Shown here: positions 46,346-53,756 of the stretch, piece by piece
How the letters are laid out: every line of letters starts with the position of its first letter
How positions within the stretch are numbered: position 1 is the first letter of the stretch
NCBI GenBank assembly: GCA_016205025.1
Contig: JACQJO010000002.1
Span: 17,154-81,153, forward strand
DNA from: Elusimicrobiota bacterium
GTDB taxonomy: Bacteria; Elusimicrobiota; Elusimicrobia; JACQPE01
Reading direction: 5' to 3'
DNA length: 64,000 bases
Position numbers and translations under genes: made by a program
The notes under the pieces: generated by a model
Told to the model about the DNA's origin: nothing
What the model saw: only the letters and a program-made list of their open reading frames with translations
Databases searched by the model: none

Positions 46346-46600
46346 ATGGGCAAAACGATAAAACTGACAGTCAGCGTGCCTCGGGATGAATTCAAAAAGG
46401 CCATCCGCTACGCCAAACGCGAAGGTATCTCCAAACCAAGCCACCTTATCCGCGAAGCGATTGAAGCTTGGCTTGAGCCAAGGCAATCCGTGCAAACCGT
46501 CAGGGAAGCAAAAGCGCTCTACGATGCCGTTAGGCCGGAGTCGTCATCCCTAGGCAAGGCGGGCGCCAGAATCGCTTCACGGCACTGGCCCAAAGATTAA
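46346..46600 (+). CDS. Ribbon-helix-helix (CopG/MazE-like) antitoxin
   Basis: KLTVSVPRDEFKKAIRYAKREGISKPSHLIREAIEAWL is a typical RHH beta-alpha-alpha pattern. GGAG Shine-Dalgarno present. Lies 2 nt upstream of the MazF-like gene. Confidence 0.65.
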   Translation: MGKTIKLTVSVPRDEFKKAIRYAKREGISKPSHLIREAIEAWLEPRQSVQTVREAKALYDAVRPESSSLGKAGARIASRHWPKD

Positions 46601-46602
46601 CC

Positions 46603-46953
46603 GTGGATTCAATAGGATTTCCCTTACGCGGTGAGCTCTATCTTTTGACTCTGGACAAGCTTCGGCCGGCCGTTGTCGTTTCCAATAACATCCGCAACGA
46701 GGCGGCGCGCCATATTACGGTGGCCGCTGTTCGCTCAAATCCAAAGGCGGCGCTGATCCCCGAATGTTTTACCCTTAAAGCCTCTGCGACTAACGGCCTC
46801 GATCATGACTCCGTGGTGGATTGCGGTCATCTATTCACGCTGGACAAGTCCCTATTTAACCGGCAGTTGGGCCGCCTAGAACCCCAGAATCTTCGACTGC
46901 TTAATCAAGCGATCTCGATCAGCCTCGCCCTCGCGCCCTACGATAAACATTGA
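46603..46953 (+). CDS. mazF: MazF/PemK-family toxin (mRNA interferase)
   Basis: LRGELYLLTLDKLRPAVVVSNNIRNEAARHITVAAV matches the PemK/MazF core (G-x-hydrophobic...RPxVVVS). GTG start. Confidence 0.7.
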   Translation: MDSIGFPLRGELYLLTLDKLRPAVVVSNNIRNEAARHITVAAVRSNPKAALIPECFTLKASATNGLDHDSVVDCGHLFTLDKSLFNRQLGRLEPQNLRLLNQAISISLALAPYDKH

Positions 46954-47018
46954 ACGAGGGTGCCCGTAATAACTGCTGGCATAGGTTAACTTAACCTCCG
47001 TTTTTCTATACTGGCTCT

Positions 47019-47555
47019 GTGGCCATCCAAATAGGAAACAAGGCGCCGGATTTTGATCTGACCGGCGTTGACGGAAAAAAGTGCAGCTTAAAAAATTTCG
47101 CGGATAAACCCGCGCTGGCGGTAATTTTTTCCTGCAACCATTGCCCCTACGTGATCGCTTACGAAGACCGGATGGCGGCGATTCAAAAAGAGTTCGGCTC
47201 CAAGGGGCTGCAAGTCGTGACGATCAATTCCAACGAGGATCAAAACTACCCCGAGGACAGCTTTGACAACATGAAAAAGCGCGCGAAAGAGAAAAATTTT
47301 CCTTTTCCTTATCTGCGCGACGAAACGCAAGCCGTGGCCAAGGCTTATGGCGCGGCTAAAACGCCGCACGTTTTTCTTTTTGATAAAAACCGCGCCCTGG
47401 TTTATGCCGGAACCATTGACGACAATTGGGAACACCCGGAAAAAGTCAAACTGCGCTACTTGGCCTTAGCCATAGAAGCGGTTCTCTCCGGCCGGCCGCC
47501 CAACCCGAAAGAAACGTTTCCGGTGGGCTGCTCCATTAAGTGGCGAAAAAATTAG
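47019..47555 (+). CDS. Thioredoxin-fold thiol-disulfide oxidoreductase (AhpC/TSA/redoxin family)
   Basis: IGNKAPDFDLTGVDGKKCSLKNF, FSCNHCPYV (CxxC) and TPHVFLFD. Confidence 0.75.
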   Translation: MAIQIGNKAPDFDLTGVDGKKCSLKNFADKPALAVIFSCNHCPYVIAYEDRMAAIQKEFGSKGLQVVTINSNEDQNYPEDSFDNMKKRAKEKNFPFPYLRDETQAVAKAYGAAKTPHVFLFDKNRALVYAGTIDDNWEHPEKVKLRYLALAIEAVLSGRPPNPKETFPVGCSIKWRKN

Positions 47556-47645
47556 GATTTAGTATTTAGGATATAGGATTTAGCAAATGAAAGAAGCCCT
47601 CGTTTCCGACTCCCAAATCCTAAATCCTAACTCCTAAATCCTTTT
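47554..47645 (+). terminator. Long imperfect hairpin (30-nt arms, 26/30 paired, 29-nt loop) plus TTTT; candidate intrinsic terminator/attenuator
   Basis: Left arm 47554..47583 (aggatttagtatttaggatataggatttag) and right arm 47613..47642 (ccaaatcctaaatcctaactcctaaatcct). The arms are built from short aggattt/aaatcct units. A T-run follows, then ATG 47646. Confidence 0.45.
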
Positions 47646-48902
47646 ATGCTCTGTCCCAAACGCTCTTGGTATCCCCATTCTCCGCCTGTTCTGCGTTGGT
47701 TTAGCTGGTTTTGCTGCAGGTTATTGGCGCTGGCTTTCGGCATTAGGGGCAAGGGTTTAGACCGGCTGGCCAAAGGGCCCGTTCTGGTCATCGCCCCTCA
47801 CGTCAATTTCTTGGACCCAATTTTTATTCTGGGAACCATGCCGCGGCCGCCGCGGTTTATCGCAGACTCTTACTTCACTTTCCTTAATCCCTTCTTGGCG
47901 TGGGCCATGTGGTTGGCCGGCGTCACTCCGGTGGACCGCACCAAGACCGATCCCTACGCAGTGCGCCAATTCTTAAGGCTTCTGACGCAAAATGAGCTTT
48001 GTATTTTATTTCCGGAGGGGGGAAGATCGCTGGATGGAAAAATCCTGCCTCCTTTGGCCCAGGCGGTCAAATTGGCGGCCAAACTCAAGGTACCGGTGGC
48101 CAGCGTGGCCCTTAAAGGAGCCTACGACTCTTGGCCTCGATGGGATCCCCTGATCCGCCAGCCTTGGGGCCGCGTAACGGTGCAGTTCGTTGAATTTCTA
48201 AGGCCGGCCACGGCAGACCAAGGCTCACAGCACCCGCCCAGCCTGGCCAAAGTTTATGATTTCAAAAAAAAGATCGCCCTTGAGGAGGAAAAAATCCTCC
48301 TCACCCAGGCTCTCTCCAGGGCAGCCGAAGGGGAATCGCGAGCCATTAATCTTTTGCGCTGGGGAAGACCCGGGGCAATCCCCCGGCTCCTCTGCTTTTG
48401 CCCGGACTGCGTCAAGCCCAACGGCCTTTCCTGGCGAAGCCGAGAAAACATCCTGGCCTGCTCGGCCTGCGGCCTGCGCCTGAAGGTCGGCCGCCGCGAA
48501 TTAATCCGGATTAACGAAGGCCAAAACTCCGCGCCCATGCCCATTGATCAATGGTTTGAAACGATGCAAAACGCGTTCAGGAAAAACGAGTCGTCAAGCT
48601 ATCTCTTCGCCTCAAAAGTCCTGGCTAGAATCCAAAAAACTTTCCAAAAAAATTCCACGCCGCTTGAACCCTCTTCCCTGCGCGTTGACAGCAAAACGTT
48701 CGCCTTGAGAACCGCTTCCCATGGAATGGCCCAGATGCCGGTATCCGTAGCGGCGCGGGGCAATCTCAAGGGCACCGAGGCGCTTGAAATTATTCATGGC
48801 GGCCAAAAAATTACCGTTCAAACGAACGGTGAATCCCTTGTTCCCTGGCTGATCTTGATGCGTAAAGCCGCGGGCTGGAGCGATTTCTTTTCAGAAATCT
48901 AG
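47646..48902 (+). CDS. Lysophospholipid (PlsC-family) acyltransferase with C-terminal zinc-ribbon-containing extension
   Basis: HX4D motif in APHVNFLDP and FPEGGRS motif. Extra 200 aa or so with CFCPDC...CSACG. Confidence 0.7.
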   Translation: MLCPKRSWYPHSPPVLRWFSWFCCRLLALAFGIRGKGLDRLAKGPVLVIAPHVNFLDPIFILGTMPRPPRFIADSYFTFLNPFLAWAMWLAGVTPVDRTKTDPYAVRQFLRLLTQNELCILFPEGGRSLDGKILPPLAQAVKLAAKLKVPVASVALKGAYDSWPRWDPLIRQPWGRVTVQFVEFLRPATADQGSQHPPSLAKVYDFKKKIALEEEKILLTQALSRAAEGESRAINLLRWGRPGAIPRLLCFCPDCVKPNGLSWRSRENILACSACGLRLKVGRRELIRINEGQNSAPMPIDQWFETMQNAFRKNESSSYLFASKVLARIQKTFQKNSTPLEPSSLRVDSKTFALRTASHGMAQMPVSVAARGNLKGTEALEIIHGGQKITVQTNGESLVPWLILMRKAAGWSDFFSEI

Positions 48903-48964
48903 CATGCGCCAGAATTACTACAATAAATCCGTACAGTCCCAAAAATCGTTGCAAGGAGGAACAA

Positions 48965-49288
48965 ATGCCCGCGCCTAAATCAAAAAAACAATCTAAAAAG
49001 ACCACCGTAAGCCGCGTAAAAACAAAAACTTCTAAAATAGCTTTCAAAAAAACAAACGGTCACGGTCAGGTCTCCCCTGTTTCCCCAACCACGGTTCCTT
49101 GGGGATATCGCGAACAGATTAAAACCATTAACTCGGCCTTCGTAAAAATAACATCATGGCGCCACGGCCCGGGTTACAAGGCGGTGGCGGAGCTCTACGA
49201 CAAAGGGACCGCCCTGGCCACGATTCAAGACTCCAACCGCGACACGGCCGAAATTAAGGCGTTTGAAGCGGCCGAGGCGAAACTATAG
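48965..49288 (+). CDS. Hypothetical small protein with lysine-rich N-terminus
   Basis: Strong Shine-Dalgarno AAGGAGGA 5 nt upstream of the ATG. 107 aa with no motif I recognise. Confidence 0.5.
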   Translation: MPAPKSKKQSKKTTVSRVKTKTSKIAFKKTNGHGQVSPVSPTTVPWGYREQIKTINSAFVKITSWRHGPGYKAVAELYDKGTALATIQDSNRDTAEIKAFEAAEAKL

Positions 49289-50217
49289 AACGCGTCGTTT
49301 CCCTGATCGCCAGCGCGACCGAAATCGTCTGCGCGTTAGGTTTTGAAAAAAACCTGGTCGGCCGCTCCCACGAATGCGACTTTCCGTCGTATGTTAAGAA
49401 ATTGCCTGTTTGCACCCAACCCAAGCTCCGCGTCAATGCTTCCAGCTTTAAGGTTGACCGCCAGGTCAAAACCCTGCTGGAACAAGGGCTGTCGGTTTAC
49501 AAGGTTCACGCGGATAAATTCAGGAAACTCAAGCCAACCGTCATCATTACCCAGACGCAATGCGAGGTTTGCGCCGTTTCCGAATCAGACGTCAAAGCGG
49601 CTGTTGACCAATGGCTGGGCGCCAACGGACACGCCGGTAAAAAACCGGCGGTCGTTTCACTTAAGCCGAATTGTTTGGCGGACGTATGGAAAGATATCAA
49701 GCGCGTCGCCGTGGCCCTGGGCAAATCGCGAAAAGGTCAAAACGTTGTCACGCGCCTGCAAAAGAGAATGAAAACGATCAAAACGCGAGCCCAGCGCCTG
49801 TCCGAGCGGCCCAGCGTGGCCTTTATTGAATGGATCGAGCCTCTGATGACCGGAGGAAACTGGATGCCCGAATTAATCGAAATGGCCGGGGGTATCAATT
49901 TATTTGGGCAGGCCGGCCGCCATTCGCCCTATCTCAAATGGCAAGACCTTGTGGCTAAAAATCCCGAGACCATTATCATCGCTCCCTGCGGATATGACAT
50001 CAGAAAAACCAAACAAGAGATCAAGGCGCTGCTTAGAAAACCCGAATGGCCGGGTCTCAAAGCAGTCCGCGCCAACCGCGTCTATTTGGCGGACGGAAAT
50101 CAATACTTTAACCGCCCCGGCCCACGGTTGGTCGAATCCCTCGAAATTCTGGCCGAAATCCTGCACCCCCAAGAATTCAACTTCGACCACGCCGGCAAAG
50201 GCTGGCAAAAAGTTTAG
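49285..50217 (+). CDS. Cytoplasmic BtuF-like (Peripla_BP_2/TroA-fold) cobalamin/metal-chelate binding protein; start codon non-canonical or lost
   Basis: The frame is open from 49267. (I)ERVVSLIASATEIVCALGFEKNLVGRSHECDFP matches the conserved extreme N-terminus of this family, yet the first canonical start in frame is TTG 49402. ATA at 49285 overlaps the upstream TAG. No signal peptide. Confidence 0.6.
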   Translation: MERVVSLIASATEIVCALGFEKNLVGRSHECDFPSYVKKLPVCTQPKLRVNASSFKVDRQVKTLLEQGLSVYKVHADKFRKLKPTVIITQTQCEVCAVSESDVKAAVDQWLGANGHAGKKPAVVSLKPNCLADVWKDIKRVAVALGKSRKGQNVVTRLQKRMKTIKTRAQRLSERPSVAFIEWIEPLMTGGNWMPELIEMAGGINLFGQAGRHSPYLKWQDLVAKNPETIIIAPCGYDIRKTKQEIKALLRKPEWPGLKAVRANRVYLADGNQYFNRPGPRLVESLEILAEILHPQEFNFDHAGKGWQKV

Positions 50218-50233
50218 TAATCTAAATGTACGG

Positions 50234-50356
50234 GTTTAGCATGGGGGAGTTGCCCTTGAACCCAGTAGCGGAGGGGGCCCCGACCCAGCAGGGTTGGGGG
50301 AACCGCCGGGACTGGTTCCCGGGTCTGGGGGCAAGGGCAACTCCCCCATGCTAAAC
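50234..50356. repeat. Structured palindromic repeat, copy B (123 nt)
   Basis: Perfect 25-bp outer stem (50234..50258 with 50332..50356). Shares the cccttgaacccag and ggttcYcgggtctgggggcaaggg blocks with copy A. Confidence 0.7.
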
Positions 50357-50373
50357 CTTTACATCTAAATTCA

Positions 50374-51090
50374 ATGAAGCTTTCCATTATCATCTCCGCC
50401 TACAATGAAGCGGCGACCATCGGAACCATCTTAAAACGCGTTCAGGACGCCCCCGTCGGCAACTGGGAAAAAGAGATCATCGTGGTGGACGACGGCTCCA
50501 CGGATCAAACGCAAGAGATAGTCGAAGATTACCTTCGCACGACAAAAACAACTATCCGTTTTCTCAAGCACCCCGTTAATCAAGGCAAGGGAGCGGCGGT
50601 GCGTACCGGCGTTGCAAGCTCCACGGGGGATGCGATTTTGATCCAGGACGCTGATCTAGAATACGACCCGAAAGATTACCCCGCGCTTTTGGATCCCATT
50701 GAACGCGACGTCGCGGATGTCGTGCTTGGATCCCGTTTTCTGGGTCAATCTCACCGCGTTCTTTTCTTTTGGCATATGGTGGGCAATAAAATCGTGACCC
50801 TGATTTCCAACATCGCAACGGATCTTAACCTGACCGACATGATGGCCGGCTATAAAGTATTTAAATCTTCAGCCATTAAAAAAATTCCCCTGCAATCCAA
50901 AGGTTTCGACTTCGAGCCCGAAATCACGGTCAAAATGGCCAAACAAGGCTGGCGCATTTACGAAGTACCCGTTTCCTATCAAGGAAGAACCTACGCCGAG
51001 GGCAAAAAAATACGCTGGTGGGTTATTTTTTCCGTCATCTACGCTCTCATAAAGTACACCTTGGCCACTCCCAGCGTGAACCGCAAATAA
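50374..51090 (+). CDS. GT2 polyprenyl-phosphate glycosyltransferase (paralogue of 21064..21774)
   Basis: LSIIISAYNEAATI, IVVDDGSTDQT, IQDADLEYDP and RTYAEGKKIRW shared with the paralogue. Confidence 0.8.
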   Translation: MKLSIIISAYNEAATIGTILKRVQDAPVGNWEKEIIVVDDGSTDQTQEIVEDYLRTTKTTIRFLKHPVNQGKGAAVRTGVASSTGDAILIQDADLEYDPKDYPALLDPIERDVADVVLGSRFLGQSHRVLFFWHMVGNKIVTLISNIATDLNLTDMMAGYKVFKSSAIKKIPLQSKGFDFEPEITVKMAKQGWRIYEVPVSYQGRTYAEGKKIRWWVIFSVIYALIKYTLATPSVNRK

Positions 51091-51199
51091 TCCGGAACGA
51101 CTCGCGGACTTGGCAAAACAGAGAGCAATGCCCGATCAAAGTGAAACTCTTGGGGCTTTAAACCACCAAAAAAAGGTTGGCAAGAAATTGCCGCTAGTC

Positions 51200-52366
51200 C
51201 TAAGGTCTGACCCCGCCAAAAACCTGCAAAGCCGCACTGTGATCCTGAAGGGGTAAAAAATTTCTTTTTCGTATCTTCGGAACCGTGGATTTTTTAGATA
51301 ACGCCTCGTAGGGATCCTTGGCCATGGCAATTAAATAAAGAAAGGGGTTGATGTTGGTTTGAAAAACGCCGTCAATGACGCCGCTGCCGGGATAAAACAT
51401 TTTTTGCGCATCTTCTTGTCGCTTGGGAGGCAGCTCAAAAGAAAAAGAGAATATCCCGTGTTCGCCGTAAGCCCAGTCCCCAAAATCACCGGAGTAAATA
51501 TAAAGCCCGCTTGACTGCATAGCCTTATACCCATTCCACCGGGACATAATCCGGGCCATTGTTTCAAAAACCTCGCGATCCCTGGAATTGGCGATCGGAT
51601 CCAGGGTGTGCGCCCAGGGATAAAGGATCTGCTCTCCCGAACTGTGAATATCGAGAATAATCCGTATATTTTTATGCGTTTCAATAAAATTTTTCACGGC
51701 CTGCGTCTCGGGTTCCGAAAAAGGACCCGGACCATGATAGTTTTCGTCGGCAGGATCGGCAGAGGAACGGCCGCTCGGACCCCACTGGTAACTATAGTTG
51801 CGGTTTAGATCAACGCCAAAAGCGTCCTCTTCCGAAGGCCTTCTATTTTTGCGCCAAGAACGATACGTTCCGTCTTCGATGTCGTATTCCACGCCGTCGG
51901 AATTAAGCATGGGCACAATAAAAATATCGCGCTCATCGAGAAGGGATTTTAAATTCTTATCTTGGGAATACCCCCGGACCAGGTAGCGGGCCAAGAGTAA
52001 CGTGATTTCCGTCGTCAAATGCTCCCGGGCGTGGTGAGCCGCGGTGAACAAAATACCCGGCCGGTTATCGGGGGCGTCTCCTTTTTTAGCCCTGTTGATC
52101 CGCAAAACATCAATGGACCTGCCCTCATGGGTCTGGCCGATGGAAAATACGGAAACACGGGGATTAGCAGCCTCAAGCTTCCGGAGTTCTTCCCGCGTCT
52201 CTTTAAAATTGTGGTATCGCTCATCTTCGGGGGGAAAATCAAGAAAAGCGGGATCAACCGCAAAATCAAGGGCAAAGCCTTCGACGTTGACCGGCCGGTT
52301 AAGGCCAATAAGCAGGAACAACCAAGCGAACCGGGCGGCAAGACCCAAAAAAATATTGTTTTTCAC
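51200..52366 (-). CDS. Secreted M14-family zinc carboxypeptidase
   Basis: Signal-like N-terminus MKNNIFLGLAARFAWLFLLIGL. Zinc motif HAREHLTTE (HxxE). NRNYSYQW block. Confidence 0.8.
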   Translation of the reverse strand: MKNNIFLGLAARFAWLFLLIGLNRPVNVEGFALDFAVDPAFLDFPPEDERYHNFKETREELRKLEAANPRVSVFSIGQTHEGRSIDVLRINRAKKGDAPDNRPGILFTAAHHAREHLTTEITLLLARYLVRGYSQDKNLKSLLDERDIFIVPMLNSDGVEYDIEDGTYRSWRKNRRPSEEDAFGVDLNRNYSYQWGPSGRSSADPADENYHGPGPFSEPETQAVKNFIETHKNIRIILDIHSSGEQILYPWAHTLDPIANSRDREVFETMARIMSRWNGYKAMQSSGLYIYSGDFGDWAYGEHGIFSFSFELPPKRQEDAQKMFYPGSGVIDGVFQTNINPFLYLIAMAKDPYEALSKKSTVPKIRKRNFLPLQDHSAALQVFGGVRP

Positions 52367-52647
52367 CTTAGTAAGTATCCCCAGGGCATCCCTGCTAACT
52401 TAATTCTTTCTGAACGTATAAAAACGTCTTAAAATAAGGGGTTTTCGCTGTGTCCCTGGCTTTTGACCAGAAATACCCTGTAGAGGGAAATTTGAGTTAA
52501 CTTAGCGGGGATGATCCCCAGGGGCCTGCCGAAAAACCAGGGACTAAAGTCCTAGGGTTCACTGGGTCTTCTTACCCTTACAGCAATAAGAGGCCCCACG
52601 GAAATAAGCGGTGCGCCCTTAGGACAGGAGACTCCGATCTTGGTAAA

Positions 52648-53733
52648 ATGAATGGCATGCCCGACCAAAACGACATTTTCGAAGCCTTATCCCAGGTTCA
52701 AGATCCTGATCTTCACCGGGACATAGTGTCTTTGGGGATGATCCGAAATCTAACCATAGACAAGGGGAGTGTCTCCTTTGATTTTGTCTTAACAACCCCG
52801 GCCTGCCCGGTTAGAGATCAGCTCCAGGAAGAGGCCCGCCAAGCCGTTCTAGGCGTGCCGGGCGTCACCCAGGTCGCGGTTAACATGAAATCAGAAACCT
52901 ACAAAGACAGCCGCATGGGACAACTCGAACTGCCGAATATCAAAAATATCATCGCGGTTGCCAGCGGCAAGGGCGGCGTAGGCAAATCTACCGTCGCGGT
53001 CAACCTGGCCGCCACGCTGGCGCGTCTGGGCGCCAGGGTCGGTCTTTTAGATGCCGATTTTTACGGCCCCAACCAACCCCAGATGCTGGGTATTGATCGG
53101 GCCGCCTTGATTCCGGATGAAAACAACAAAATGACACCGCCTGAAAATTTCGGCGTCAAGCTGATGTCTTTGGGATTTTTTTTGGAAGGCGACAATCCCG
53201 TCATGTGGCGGGGCCCCATGCTTCACGGCGCCCTGACCCAGTTTCTGCATGATGTCAAATGGGGGGAAACCGACTACCTCGTTATTGACCTGCCGCCCGG
53301 AACCGGAGACGTTCAGATCACTTTGGTGCAAAACGTTCCTTTAACCGGATGCGTGATCGTGACCACTCCGCAAACCGTGGCTCTCTCGGACGTGCGCAAA
53401 ACCATACGGATGTTTGAAAAAGCCAAAACTAACGTTTTAGGCGTCATCGAAAACATGTCGGGATTCATGTGTCCGCACTGCCAAAAATCCACCAAAATTT
53501 TCACCGAGGGCGGCGGCGAAACCCTGCAAAAAGATTACCAAGTGGAGCTTCTCGGCCAAATTCCGCTGGATGGCGAAATCTGCCGCTTAGCGGAGAAAGG
53601 CGCTCCCATTAGCGCTTCAAACCCGGATCATCCCGTTTCAAAAATCTACGAAACCATCGCTAAGCGCCTGGCGGCCAAAATCAGCACCTTAAACGCCAAA
53701 GCCCCCCTGGAACTCAAAATTGTTCAATCCTGA
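52648..53733 (+). CDS. apbC: Fe-S cluster carrier ATPase Mrp/ApbC/NBP35 family with N-terminal DUF59 domain
   Basis: VQDPDLHRDIVSLGMI (DUF59), deviant Walker A VASGKGGVGKST, and CPHC. Confidence 0.9.
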   Translation: MNGMPDQNDIFEALSQVQDPDLHRDIVSLGMIRNLTIDKGSVSFDFVLTTPACPVRDQLQEEARQAVLGVPGVTQVAVNMKSETYKDSRMGQLELPNIKNIIAVASGKGGVGKSTVAVNLAATLARLGARVGLLDADFYGPNQPQMLGIDRAALIPDENNKMTPPENFGVKLMSLGFFLEGDNPVMWRGPMLHGALTQFLHDVKWGETDYLVIDLPPGTGDVQITLVQNVPLTGCVIVTTPQTVALSDVRKTIRMFEKAKTNVLGVIENMSGFMCPHCQKSTKIFTEGGGETLQKDYQVELLGQIPLDGEICRLAEKGAPISASNPDHPVSKIYETIAKRLAAKISTLNAKAPLELKIVQS

Positions 53734-53756
53734 TAAGCGCATAAGCGGAGGAAACC

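Noticed and set aside
47554-47645. CRISPR-like or tandem-repeat array interpretation of the aggattt units and of the TCACCCC tract at 55283.
   Set aside because: The units are 7 to 10 nt with no spacers and are arranged as inverted arms or a simple microsatellite. No cas genes are present.
49343-49771. 142-aa ORF in an alternative frame over the 5' part of the BtuF-like gene.
   Set aside because: Its arginine/serine-rich composition is typical of an off-frame translation. The overlapping frame carries a strongly family-like sequence.
50234-50356. Integron attC interpretation of the structured repeats (ends GTTTAGC ... GCTAAAC).
   Set aside because: attC sites are oriented RYYYAAC...GTTRRRY, the opposite arrangement. 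No integron integrase is present, and copy A lacks these end motifs.
52367-52647. Cobalamin, TPP or SAM riboswitch, or tmRNA/RNase P/SRP RNA, in the long gap; also cobalamin riboswitches upstream of the B12-rSAM and BtuF-like genes.
   Set aside because: I could not find a B12-box-like, CUGAGA-type or other diagnostic conserved core by eye. A covariance-model scan is required before any such call.
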